A program made the position numbers and the translations under genes. The notes beneath the pieces were generated by a model. That model saw nothing but the letters and a program-made list of their open reading frames with translations. It had not been told where the DNA came from and searched no databases. A stretch of 62,961 bases of DNA, counting the filler, from an uncultured bacterium (lineage in GTDB: Bacteria > B130-G9), in NCBI GenBank assembly GCA_965372715.1. It is 7 parts of 7 records of this genome, joined end to end, with 100 filler letters (N's around TTAATTAATTAA, not from the genome) between each part and the next. Parts side by side here need not be neighbours in the genome. Positions count along the whole stretch, not along the records: positions 21,310 to 30,715 come from CBDVDH010000084.1; positions 30,816 to 40,200 come from CBDVDH010000085.1; positions 40,301 to 49,307 come from CBDVDH010000086.1; 4 more parts are not named here. The stretch is one strand, 5' to 3'. Each line of letters opens with the position of its first letter. Position 1 is the first letter of the stretch. Shown here one piece after another: positions 30,399 to 40,587 of the stretch.

Positions 30399-30527
30399 CT
30401 AGCACCCGAATTCATTCGGGTGACCTGAGGACGCCGAGGCACTCCCCTCCAAAGAATCCCGTCCTGAAAAGGATGTAGGGCGGGCGGCGGTCTCCGATGC
30501 AGCCCCCCGAATGAATTCGGGGGTTAG
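30399..30527. repeat. Inverted doublet of a CCCGAATTCATTCGGG hairpin (family D)
   Basis: Copies at 30399-30422 and, inverted, at 30504-30527. Third copy at 49457-49480. Confidence 0.7.
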
Positions 30528-30715
30528 GATAATGATGGCCATTTGCATCGCCTCGGCTGAAGCCGGGCGATGAGCTCCGGATATGTGCACACGTCCATAG
30601 ATCAGAATCACCCCGTTGCGCACGTCGTTACAGCTGTTGTCCTCTTTCGGAAAACGTCATACATAGAGCCCAGCAAACTGCCCCATCAACTTCGAATATG
30701 CGTATAATTGTCAGG

Positions 30716-30815
30716 NNNNNNNNNNNNNNNNNNNNNNNNNNNNNNNNNNNNNNNNNNNNTTAATTAATTAANNNNNNNNNNNNNNNNNNNNNNNNNNNNN
30801 NNNNNNNNNNNNNNN
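30716..30815. other. Artificial contig linker
   Basis: N44-TTAATTAATTAA-N44. Confidence 0.99.
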
Positions 30816-31760
<945 letters not shown>

Positions 31761-31829
31761 CAACGCGCATAACTTTACGCAAAAATGCTCCATAGACCTC
31801 TTCCGAGAAGCAATACTCGACATAAAGTT

Positions 31830-31946
31830 TCTCGGCGGTTATAGCGAAGGGGGTACGCCCGTTCCCATTCCGAACACGGAAGCTAAGTCCTTCTGCGCCG
31901 ATGGTACTGCCCTCTCTAGGGGTGGGAGAGTAGGTCGCCGCCGAGA
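31830..31946 (+). rRNA. rrf: 5S rRNA
   Basis: Complementary ends TCTCGGCGG / CCGCCGAGA, CCCATTCCGAAC, GATGGTACT, GGGAGAGTAGGTC. Followed by a T-tract. Confidence 0.96.
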
Positions 31947-32074
31947 TTTTTCTTTTTTAACCGCTGCCCAATGCCTACTCATCAGGCTTGAATATACAGC
32001 CGCCGGATGTATCATTCCAATCAGAAAGAGGCCGTTGGCTTATTCACGCTCAGAGATAAAGGAGAACGCCTGCG

Positions 32075-32314
32075 ATGCCCAGAGCATTGGCGGAAATGAC
32101 AGAAGCGGAATTCGAGGCCCTTGTCCAGAAGACGGTTGATGAACGACTGAGTGTGTGGCTCACCCAGTTGATGGATGCCGTAATCGGCGCCGATGAGGAA
32201 GACACGGCAGTATTCAAGCCAGAGTTCGCCGAGTCGCTCAACAGATCAATCGCCCAAGCTGAGGCAGGAGACCTGGCAGACCTCCGATCACTTCGTCCGC
32301 GCCATGGTGACTAA
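32075..32314 (+). CDS. Small hypothetical protein, antitoxin-like
   Basis: 79 aa, AAGGAG RBS, acidic. C-terminal FKPEFAESLNRSIAQAEAG resembles type II antitoxin tails (inference). Confidence 0.5.
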   Translation: MPRALAEMTEAEFEALVQKTVDERLSVWLTQLMDAVIGADEEDTAVFKPEFAESLNRSIAQAEAGDLADLRSLRPRHGD

Positions 32315-32339
32315 GTCCATTATGGGTCGACCTGTAATC

Positions 32340-33038
32340 ATGGAATCGAGTTGCCCAAGAATCTATTCGTATGTTGTCAGGACTGACAGCGGGCTCGCCC
32401 CAAACCCATTCTGGGGCTATTGCACTCTTGCAGTCTGCACACCAAATCATCAAGGGATCAAGGCCCGCAAGGGCGATTGGATTGTTGGCTGGACTTCCGC
32501 CGAAAGGGGCCCCAAGCTGCTCTACGCGATGCTCCTCACGGAGGCAGGGCTATGTTTCGATAAGTATTTCAAGGATTCTCGCTTTCAAGATAAAAAGCCC
32601 CTATTATCTGGCGATTGGATGCAGCGATGTGGGGACAACATTTATTATCTGCGCGACGGGAAATGGAAACAGCTAGATTCTCCCTTCCATCACGCAGAGG
32701 ATATCGCAAGGGATACGGGCGATAAGCGCCACTACGTTTTTATATCGCAAGATTTCTATTATTTCGGGCGAGAAGCAGTGGAGGTGCCGGGAAAATTCGC
32801 TGCAATAGTGAAGAGGGGACGGGGATGCAACGGCCCTGAATTCTTTGAATCATCTGGATTATTACCGGTCTGCGCTCAATTTGTGGATTGGCTAAGGGAA
32901 TCTGACCTGGATATACACGGAGATCCCTTTGATAGAGAGGGAGATTGCTGTCGGCGGAGTTCCAAATCGCGCTGTTCGGTTTCACGCGCCAGGAATCCGA
33001 GGGGGGTCGTCCGTAAAAAAGAAGGTTGCTGCAGTTGA
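32340..33038 (+). CDS. Nucleotide-modification-associated domain 2 (Nmad2)-like protein
   Basis: IYSYVVRTDSGLAPNPFWGYCTLAVC, GDWIVG, GDNIY and FYYFG match my recollection of the Nmad2 family. Start could be 32304. Confidence 0.7.
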   Translation: MESSCPRIYSYVVRTDSGLAPNPFWGYCTLAVCTPNHQGIKARKGDWIVGWTSAERGPKLLYAMLLTEAGLCFDKYFKDSRFQDKKPLLSGDWMQRCGDNIYYLRDGKWKQLDSPFHHAEDIARDTGDKRHYVFISQDFYYFGREAVEVPGKFAAIVKRGRGCNGPEFFESSGLLPVCAQFVDWLRESDLDIHGDPFDREGDCCRRSSKSRCSVSRARNPRGVVRKKEGCCS

Positions 33039-33254
33039 GTTTAAGCGCGGAGTTCGCGAGGAATTAAGCAGGCAGTATTGCGCTGATCCAGAGGCGTTCC
33101 TTCGCAAGTTCAAAGAGCAATACGGCCATTTGCAGAAACAGAAGCGCGGCGCAAACACGAGGTGAGGCAGCATGTTCTGGGCTGGACGCGGCGTTCTTGG
33201 CTTATCTCTGGAGACGTGACGTCGAGTCCTGCTTGACACGGAGGCTATGGTTCA

Positions 33255-33581
33255 GTGGCTGACATCGATGATCTGATCTTGCGTCGGGCACGTGCGGCGC
33301 TTTCGGTGATCGCCAGGCAGGCTCGCGTCCGGGCGGCCTTTCTCTTCGGGTCGTATGTCGAGGGCAAGCCGGACGAATTCAGCGACATAGACATCGCAGC
33401 TTTCGTTGAGGGCGCCGGGCAATGGGATTTGGAGCGGCATGTGCGCGCAGGCGTCGAGGCACGGAGAGAGGTTGGCTACGACATCGAGCTGCACTTCTTT
33501 GCGGCCGAGCTCTTGGAGAACCCGCCGAAGGCGAGTTTTGCCGCCTACGTCCAGAGCCACGGGGTCCCCGTCGAAATGTGA
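33255..33581 (+). CDS. Minimal nucleotidyltransferase (MNT) domain protein
   Basis: LFGSYVEG..DEFSDIDIA motif. No HEPN partner adjacent. Confidence 0.8.
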   Translation: MADIDDLILRRARAALSVIARQARVRAAFLFGSYVEGKPDEFSDIDIAAFVEGAGQWDLERHVRAGVEARREVGYDIELHFFAAELLENPPKASFAAYVQSHGVPVEM

Positions 33582-33610
33582 GAAACGTTACGCAGCCTCA
33601 TGGAGGCACA

Positions 33611-33788
33611 GCCCGAATAATTCAAGGCCGTGACTCTCGTGGGTGTGGGACAGCCTCTTCCAGCCTGCCAAAGACAGCGTCTCGCGCGACACAATGTTCC
33701 GTATCTGCGATGCGGCAATCACTAAAAAGGCAGGCTGGAAAGCCCGCCCCACACCTCATCCCATCCGCAGTTTGTGAATAATACAGGT
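33611..33788 (-). mobile_element. 178-bp MITE (family C), copy 2
   Basis: Reverse-orientation homologue of 10030-10207, same length. Confidence 0.8.
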
Positions 33789-33898
33789 TAAGATCCTGCC
33801 GGCTCACAGATTTTGGCCCGGGGATTTGACTGGCGTCGCGCTTCTGTGTCAGACTTGATACGAAGTCGTGGCATTTCTGTAAACCTGAGGGGAACTAG

Positions 33899-34090
33899 AT
33901 GAAGAGATGGAGAATACTCCTGTCTGTTTTGCTGCTTATTGTGGTCATGTTCATTCTTTCGTTCCTGATAACGGTGATGGCGTCGCGAGTGATCCCGGCC
34001 AAGGAGGAACTGGGCAAGGCCAAGCAACCGGCGTCCATTGGCGCCCGGGCGCCTCGGCCAACCGGCGAATCGAAGCCCCACTCAGATTAG
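33899..34090 (+). CDS. Small single-pass membrane protein
   Basis: 63 aa, GAGGGG RBS, basic N-terminus followed by a long hydrophobic helix. Confidence 0.5.
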   Translation: MKRWRILLSVLLLIVVMFILSFLITVMASRVIPAKEELGKAKQPASIGARAPRPTGESKPHSD

Positions 34091-34241
34091 ATGCGCCCGG
34101 CCCCGAACGTGGCCTCGTCAGAACGCGATGTCGCAGGAGAGCGTGAAGAGGTTATTGAGCGCTGCGCGCTGCGTTCAAGGATGATGGCCGCTTGCAGCCG
34201 GTTCGTATAGATGCGCGGCTGAGCAGGATGGTATCGATGCC

Positions 34242-35246
34242 CTATCCCGATCGCTGATGACCTCTTCTCTTGGACTTTGGACTTTGGACTAACACCGCTT
34301 TCGCGGCGGTTCTATGCTCGTAGCCGATGAGTCCGGAGAAGATGACACAAGCGACTGAGAACGGCACGAGGCGCGATGCTGCCATCCGTTTGAGCGTGGG
34401 CGCTGTTAGGCGGTTGAACAGGACTCTCTTTATGAGTTTCTTGGCGACCTCGACCCATGAGCCCTCAAAAACAACCGTCTGATCAACGCGGAGCAGCTTG
34501 CGGAGCTCGGGGCGCCTCAAGGAAAGCACTGCCGCGTCCTTGCCAGCTTGTTTCTGCCGAATGAGGAACTCATCGAGCGTCTGCGTGTGCTCGTGGAACG
34601 CCTCCGCGCGTGGCTCATAGATGATCGAGGCGCCTCCCTTCTGAAGCATCCAGCCGACATAGGTGTCGTCGTAATAGACGACGTCTGTTGGGAAGCCGCC
34701 GCCGTCCTCAAGCAGCTTCTTAGGGATGGCACAGTTGCCCGTGTAGAATATGCCGGGTGGCAGCGCACCGGCGGGTGTCGCGTCATTGAGTTGGGACTGT
34801 GCGGCGCTCTTGTCGGCCAGATAGCGGACGAACCGCGTTTTCTGGACAGAGGTGGCTAGCTGAACGGCTCCTTGAACAGCAACGTTGGCGCCCATTTTTT
34901 GGAACACCTTCAAATGGGTTTCGACAAGGTGTTCCGAGGCGATTATGTCGTCGCCGACGAATAGGAGGATGTCGCCTTCAGCGATATTCGCGGCAAGGTT
35001 CCGCGCCACCGCTGGTCCGGCGTGCTCTTGGGTCAGAACTCGCAGATTCGGGATTTCGTCCGTTGCTTTCGTTAACCAGTTTAGCGTCCCGTCTGTTGAA
35101 CCATCGTCAACGACGATTATTTCGATCGATTCTGCTGGACACGTTTGACGCTTGAGCGATCGTATGGCCGTTTTGAGCTTCTCCAGCCGGTTGAACGTGG
35201 GAACGATCACGGATACGCGGAGGGAGCGATTCGGCATGTCTTTCAA
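34242..35246 (-). CDS. Glycosyltransferase family 2
   Basis: VSVIVPTFNR, VDDGSTD, GPAVARN and FVGDD motifs. Confidence 0.9.
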   Translation of the reverse strand: MKDMPNRSLRVSVIVPTFNRLEKLKTAIRSLKRQTCPAESIEIIVVDDGSTDGTLNWLTKATDEIPNLRVLTQEHAGPAVARNLAANIAEGDILLFVGDDIIASEHLVETHLKVFQKMGANVAVQGAVQLATSVQKTRFVRYLADKSAAQSQLNDATPAGALPPGIFYTGNCAIPKKLLEDGGGFPTDVVYYDDTYVGWMLQKGGASIIYEPRAEAFHEHTQTLDEFLIRQKQAGKDAAVLSLRRPELRKLLRVDQTVVFEGSWVEVAKKLIKRVLFNRLTAPTLKRMAASRLVPFSVACVIFSGLIGYEHRTAAKAVLVQSPKSKRRGHQRSG

Positions 35247-35433
35247 TTCCTATTCGGGGTTGGCGGTTTTGCTATCATAGGCGGACTGCTGATCCTGGAC
35301 ACACGACTTTGGACCTTCGACGGACCTTCGACTTTGGACTTCCGGTTTGACATACAGTCCTTGAACACTTAGCATATTTGGCCGTAACAAGACCGGCGTG
35401 CCGGTTTGCGTGTGGATGGAGTAGTGTATTGTA

Positions 35434-36837
35434 GTGCTGAAAGAGCATCACCGAGTAGTCCTTTTTCTCTTCGCTGCTTGCGATATTGTGGCCACCATAG
35501 GCGCCTTTATCGCGGCGTACTGTATTCGGTTCTACACCATATTTGAAGCGCCCGCAGGCATCCCTGATACTGGGCTTTACTTTGACCCCTTTGTTTTCAG
35601 CGCCATCGCCTTCCTATGGGTTGGGGCATTCGGCATCGCGGGCCTGTATCAACCGAGGCGGCTCAAGCCCAGGATCGACGAGTTCTTCAAGATCATCTAT
35701 GTCGTGTTTCTGGCGGTGTTCTTGCTGATGGGCGCAGGCTATCTGTATCGCGATTACCTTTTCTCAAGAGGTGTCCTGCTCATCTTCTTGGTTATCGACA
35801 TCATCGCAATTGCTTCGTTTAGGATGATTTTGAGGAGCGTCTTGGCGCACCTTAGAAAGGCTGGCTACAACCTGAGGCGTCTCTTGATAGTAGGCAGCGG
35901 AGACCTGGCAAAGAACCTCATCCGGAGGATAAAGGAGAATCCCTACACTGGTCTGAAGATAGTCGGCGCTGTGGACAACTCGCGGAGAATAGGCGAAAGG
36001 GTCGAGGACGATGTGAAGATAGTCGGTCGCATCGGGGACACGAGGCGCCTCGCCGATGAGTTTGGGGCGGATCAGGTCTTGATAACGCTTCCGTATTCTC
36101 AGCATAAGGCGCTCGAGAGAATCCTTAACGATTTGAAGGATACTCTGATTGACGTAAAGATCGCCCCTGACATCTTGCAGCACATCATGCTCCGCTCTTA
36201 TGTGGAGCAGCTTGACGGCATCCCGATCGTCAATCTTACCTACACGCCTCTTTCTGGTTGGAGGTATAGGGTCAAGCGGTTGCAGGATTTGGTCTTTTCA
36301 GCGCTCGGGCTTGCGTTTCTTTCCCCTGTCTTTCTGCTGGTCTCGGTGATCATCAAGTGCACGTCGAAAGGCTCTGTATTCTATCGACAGAAGCGAATGG
36401 GCCTCGATGGCAATTTATTCACCTTGTACAAGTTCAGGACCATGGTTGATGGCGCCGATCAGTCGGGCCGTGAGTGGACGACCAAGAACGATCCCAGAAT
36501 AACGAGGTTCGGGGCCGTTCTGAGGCGATTTAGCGTTGATGAGATTCCCCAGTTTTACAGCGTGTTAAAAGGTGACATGAGCATCGTGGGGCCAAGACCC
36601 GAACAGCCCTCATTCGTTGACGAGTTCAGGAATACCATACCGCAGTACATGCTGCGGCATAAGGTGAAGTCGGGAATGACAGGACTTGCGCAGGTCAACG
36701 GCTGGCGCGGCGACACCTCGATGCGCAAGCGGCTGAAGAGCGATCTTTATTACATAGAGAATTGGTCTTTGTCGATGGATTTCAAGATCCTGTATTACAC
36801 TGTAGCTAGGGCTTTCAACCAGAAGAACGCCTATTGA
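35434..36837 (+). CDS. wcaJ: Undecaprenyl-phosphate glucose phosphotransferase (WcaJ-like)
   Basis: N-terminal TMs, KRLQD, YKFRTM, DPRITRFG, DEIPQ, GDMSIVGPRPE, GMTGLAQVNG, DLYYIENWS. TTGACA-N17-TAGCAT promoter at 35347-35375. Confidence 0.9.
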   Translation: MLKEHHRVVLFLFAACDIVATIGAFIAAYCIRFYTIFEAPAGIPDTGLYFDPFVFSAIAFLWVGAFGIAGLYQPRRLKPRIDEFFKIIYVVFLAVFLLMGAGYLYRDYLFSRGVLLIFLVIDIIAIASFRMILRSVLAHLRKAGYNLRRLLIVGSGDLAKNLIRRIKENPYTGLKIVGAVDNSRRIGERVEDDVKIVGRIGDTRRLADEFGADQVLITLPYSQHKALERILNDLKDTLIDVKIAPDILQHIMLRSYVEQLDGIPIVNLTYTPLSGWRYRVKRLQDLVFSALGLAFLSPVFLLVSVIIKCTSKGSVFYRQKRMGLDGNLFTLYKFRTMVDGADQSGREWTTKNDPRITRFGAVLRRFSVDEIPQFYSVLKGDMSIVGPRPEQPSFVDEFRNTIPQYMLRHKVKSGMTGLAQVNGWRGDTSMRKRLKSDLYYIENWSLSMDFKILYYTVARAFNQKNAY

Positions 36838-36838
36838 G

Positions 36839-37771
36839 ATGATCTACACGCTGACGCTCAACCCGGCGCTGGATCGCACAATCCGAGTAAAGCAGCTGAC
36901 CTTCGACGACGCTAATCGTGTGATATCTGAAGAGCGATTTGCCGCTGGCAAGGGGATTGATGTGTCCCGGGTAGTGATTGAGCTCGGTGGGAGCACGATG
37001 GCGTTTGGCTTTGTTGGCGGCTACGCTGGGGCGGAGCTCGAGGATAGGCTTAGGTTGGCGGGCGTTCCGGCGGATTTCGTCCATATAGGCTCCGAAACGA
37101 GGACGAATGTTGTCATCATGGACCTTGAGACCAATTCGATCACGGCTCTCAACGCAAAGGGCCCTCATGCGACCCGGGTTGAATACGAGCAGCTGTTGAA
37201 GAAGCTCAAGGAGCACAAGTTTAGGCCGGGCTTTTTCGTCTTATCGGGAAGCGCGCCGCCAGGCGTGCCAACAGATGTTTACTATGAGATCGTCGGAATC
37301 GCTAAAAACGGCAACCTAAAGGCCGTACTGGACGCGGACGGCGAGCTTCTGAAGAGGGGCATTGAGGCGAAGCCGTTCTTGATAAAGCCGAACAGCCATG
37401 AGCTTCGGCGCCTCCTGGGCTCTGAGGTGGAAGGGATCGAGGAAGTCAAAAGAGCTGGGGCAAAGATTCGGGCTACGGGCGTTGAGAACGTTCTTGTCTC
37501 GATGGGCTCTGATGGGGCCGTTTTGGTGTGCGAAGAGGGCTCCTTTCTCGCCAAGCCGCCAGAGGTCGAGGCAGTCAGCCCGGTCGGAGCGGGAGACTCG
37601 CTCGTGGCCGGTTTCGTTTTGGGTCTGGACACCGGGCTTTCGTTTTGCGAGAGTCTGAGACTTGGCGTAGCTGCCGGCGCAGCTTGTGCCCTAACGCCCG
37701 GCACAGAACTCAGCAAGTATGAGGATGTATATATAGTCAGGTCAGATGTTGAAGTGACGCAGCTCGGCTAG
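36839..37771 (+). CDS. pfkB: 1-phosphofructokinase-family hexose kinase (PfkB)
   Basis: TLTLNPALD, AGKGIDVS, LIKPN..EL and VGAGDS motifs. Confidence 0.9.
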   Translation: MIYTLTLNPALDRTIRVKQLTFDDANRVISEERFAAGKGIDVSRVVIELGGSTMAFGFVGGYAGAELEDRLRLAGVPADFVHIGSETRTNVVIMDLETNSITALNAKGPHATRVEYEQLLKKLKEHKFRPGFFVLSGSAPPGVPTDVYYEIVGIAKNGNLKAVLDADGELLKRGIEAKPFLIKPNSHELRRLLGSEVEGIEEVKRAGAKIRATGVENVLVSMGSDGAVLVCEEGSFLAKPPEVEAVSPVGAGDSLVAGFVLGLDTGLSFCESLRLGVAAGAACALTPGTELSKYEDVYIVRSDVEVTQLG

Positions 37772-37815
37772 CCGAGCTGCGAGAATGAATCTGTTTTGGG
37801 CTTTCGGAGGTTTTA

Positions 37816-39132
37816 GTGAATATCTGTGTAGTTGGTGTGGGATACGTTGGCCTTGTCACAGGCGCGGTGTTCGCGGATTTGGGCAACGATGTCATCTGCG
37901 TTGATATTGATGAGAAGAAGATCGAGAACCTTAAGAATGGGATAATGCCGATCTTTGAGCCGGGGCTTGAGGAGATGGTTGTCCACAACGCGAAGGACGG
38001 CCGGCTCCTTTTTACGACGGATATCAAGGAGGGCGTCGGGAAGTCGGAGATAATCTTCATCGGTGTGAACACGCCGGCGAAGGATGACGGCGAGACGGAC
38101 CTCAGTTACGTTAAGGCCGTCGCGGAGAGTATCGCTGAGTGCATCGATGATTACAAGATCATCGTCAACAAGAGCACCGTTCCAGTGGGCACAGGGGACC
38201 TCGTAAAGGAGATCATCGAGAGCAAAAAGCGCAAGGACGTCGATTTCGATGTTGTTTCCAATCCGGAGTTTCTGCGAGAAGGCTCGGCCATAAAAGATAC
38301 TTTGGAGCCGGACAGAATCGTGATAGGGGCCCCCAGCAAGAACGTTGCGATGAGGCTTCTGGAGCTTTACGCGGTTCTTGAACGACCGATGATAATCACT
38401 GATGTGCACAGCGCCGAGATAATCAAGTATGCCTCCAACGCCTTTCTTGCAACGAAGATATCGTTCGTCAACTTCATCGCAGACCTGTGCGAGCTGGCCG
38501 GCGCCGATGTAAACCACGTTGTCAAGGGCATGGGCACAGACAGACGGATTGGCAATCTGTTCCTTCAGCCGGGCCTGGGCTACGGCGGCTCCTGTTTCCC
38601 CAAGGACAGCAGCTCTTTAGCGCACACCGTCAAGAAACTCGGCGGAGATGCGTCGATAGTCGATGCCGTGATGCGAATAAACGTCCTGAGGAGTGAAAAG
38701 CTCCTCGAGAAGATCGAAAAGCGGTTTTCCTCGCTTGAGGGCAAGACCTTTGCCATGCTAGGGCTGGCCTTTAAGCCTAATACCGATGATATCCGAGAGG
38801 CCAAGTCGCTTGAGCTGATCGAGGGCCTGCTGGAGCGCAAGGCAAGCGTTCGAGTGTATGACCCGGTGGCTATGGATAACGTGAAAGAGCAGTTTCCAGA
38901 CATAACATACTGCCAAAATGCGTATGAGGCGACCGAAGGCGCTGATGCCATGATCCTGGTGACCGAATGGAACGAGTTCAGGCTTCTGAACTTTGAGAAG
39001 GTCAAGCGCGTGATACGGCAGCGGATCATATTCGATGGCCGGAATATCTATGACCCCAAGAGGATGTTCGCTCTTGGTTTCGAGTATCACGGCATGGGCT
39101 TGCGGCCATACGCGGGTAGTCCAAGTGCCTAG
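37816..39132 (+). CDS. ugd: UDP-glucose 6-dehydrogenase
   Basis: [32 protein letters not shown] and [10 protein letters not shown] motifs. Confidence 0.95.
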   Translation: MNICVVGVGYVGLVTGAVFADLGNDVICVDIDEKKIENLKNGIMPIFEPGLEEMVVHNAKDGRLLFTTDIKEGVGKSEIIFIGVNTPAKDDGETDLSYVKAVAESIAECIDDYKIIVNKSTVPVGTGDLVKEIIESKKRKDVDFDVVSNPEFLREGSAIKDTLEPDRIVIGAPSKNVAMRLLELYAVLERPMIITDVHSAEIIKYASNAFLATKISFVNFIADLCELAGADVNHVVKGMGTDRRIGNLFLQPGLGYGGSCFPKDSSSLAHTVKKLGGDASIVDAVMRINVLRSEKLLEKIEKRFSSLEGKTFAMLGLAFKPNTDDIREAKSLELIEGLLERKASVRVYDPVAMDNVKEQFPDITYCQNAYEATEGADAMILVTEWNEFRLLNFEKVKRVIRQRIIFDGRNIYDPKRMFALGFEYHGMGLRPYAGSPSA

Positions 39133-40090
39133 AACTCTAGTTACCGGCGGCGCAGGCTTCATCGGCTCGCATTTGTGCGAGTTCTTGCTTGACAAGGGGC
39201 ATGAGGTCATTTGCATCGATAACCTCCTGACGGGTACAATCGACAATATCGCTCACCTCAAGAGCGAGAGGTTCACCTTCCTCAAATACAACGTGACCAA
39301 CTACCTTTTTGCGAACGGCCCCCTTGACTACGTTCTTCATTTGGCCAGCCCCGCTAGCCCGGTTGACTATATGGAATTACCAATTCAGACATTGAAGGTT
39401 GGCGCGCTCGGAACCCTAAACGCCATAGGGCTGGCTAAAGCCAAGAACGCGACATTTCTGCTCGCCTCGACCTCAGAGGTCTATGGCGACCCCGAGCATC
39501 ATCCTCAGGAGGAATCTTACTGGGGCAACGTCAATCCCATCGGCCCGCGGGGCGTCTATGATGAGGCGAAGCGGTTCGCCGAGGCGCTCACAATGGCCTA
39601 CAACCGGTACCACTCGGTGAGGACCAGGATAGCCAGGATATTCAACACATTCGGGCCGCGGATGCGCCTCAAGGATGGCCGCGTTGTTCCGAATTTTATA
39701 TGCCAGGCACTGGCGAAAGAGCCTCTTACCGTGTATGGCGATGGCTCTCAGACCAGGTCGTTCTGCTACGTTTCCGATTTGGTGGACGGCCTGTATCGAC
39801 TGATGCTCTCTGACGAAACCGGGCCGACGAACATCGGGAATCCCAGCGAGATGTCGATACTGGAGTTTGCAGAGAGAATAAACGAGCTGACCGGCAGCTC
39901 CGCTGGGCTTGTTTATGAGGACCTGCCGATCGACGATCCCAGGCATCGCAGGCCCGACATTGGCAAGGCCAAGAGAGTGCTCGACTGGGAGCCTAAGGTC
40001 GCCCTTGAAGAGGGGCTAAGGCTCACGCTCGATTGGTTCAAGACCCAGGTTGGGAACGCTTCCTCGGCGCAGGAAGCCTCGAGCGGCTGA
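39125..40090 (+). CDS. UDP-glucuronate decarboxylase (SDR family)
   Basis: GTG start 39125. [31 protein letters not shown] and [10 protein letters not shown] motifs. Confidence 0.9.
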   Translation: MPRTLVTGGAGFIGSHLCEFLLDKGHEVICIDNLLTGTIDNIAHLKSERFTFLKYNVTNYLFANGPLDYVLHLASPASPVDYMELPIQTLKVGALGTLNAIGLAKAKNATFLLASTSEVYGDPEHHPQEESYWGNVNPIGPRGVYDEAKRFAEALTMAYNRYHSVRTRIARIFNTFGPRMRLKDGRVVPNFICQALAKEPLTVYGDGSQTRSFCYVSDLVDGLYRLMLSDETGPTNIGNPSEMSILEFAERINELTGSSAGLVYEDLPIDDPRHRRPDIGKAKRVLDWEPKVALEEGLRLTLDWFKTQVGNASSAQEASSG

Positions 40091-40200
40091 CATTGCCTTC
40101 GTAGGTGCTCTTGAGTATGACGAGCCTGTGTGAGGCAGGCTTTTCGAGGCTGGGTCATAATTCGATTGGCGAGGATTTCGTTGTCCATTCAGACAACAAC

Positions 40201-40300
40201 NNNNNNNNNNNNNNNNNNNNNNNNNNNNNNNNNNNNNNNNNNNNTTAATTAATTAANNNNNNNNNNNNNNNNNNNNNNNNNNNNNNNNNNNNNNNNNNNN
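40201..40300. other. Artificial contig linker
   Basis: N44-TTAATTAATTAA-N44. Confidence 0.99.
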
Positions 40301-40310
40301 CCTCATAAAG

Positions 40311-40357
40311 CCAGATGGCCTCAGACAATCACGTGGTGATTGTCTGAGGCCATCTGG
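40311..40357. repeat. Perfect 22-bp inverted repeat with 3-nt loop
   Basis: CCAGATGGCCTCAGACAATCAC-GTG-GTGATTGTCTGAGGCCATCTGG. Confidence 0.9.
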
Positions 40358-40427
40358 TTTAGGGATTGCGCGAGGGACACGGATTCCCCGCGTTGAAGAG
40401 GCTGTCCAATAAGTCGATTCTGGAGAT

Positions 40428-40532
40428 GTAGGGGCGTGGTCTGAGACCCGCCCGTGTATGTCAATTCGTCGAATGCTGTATTCTCGACGGGCCGATCAAT
40501 TAGAAAGGGCGGGTCTGAGACCACGCCCCTAC
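40428..40532. repeat. REPIN-like inverted doublet of REP family B
   Basis: GTAGGGGCGTGGTCTGAGACCCGCCC ... GGGCGGGTCTGAGACCACGCCCCTAC. Confidence 0.8.
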
Positions 40533-40587
40533 AAAGGCTCATCGCGAGGGACATTATCTTTGGCAGGCTGGAAAGCCCGCCCTACAG

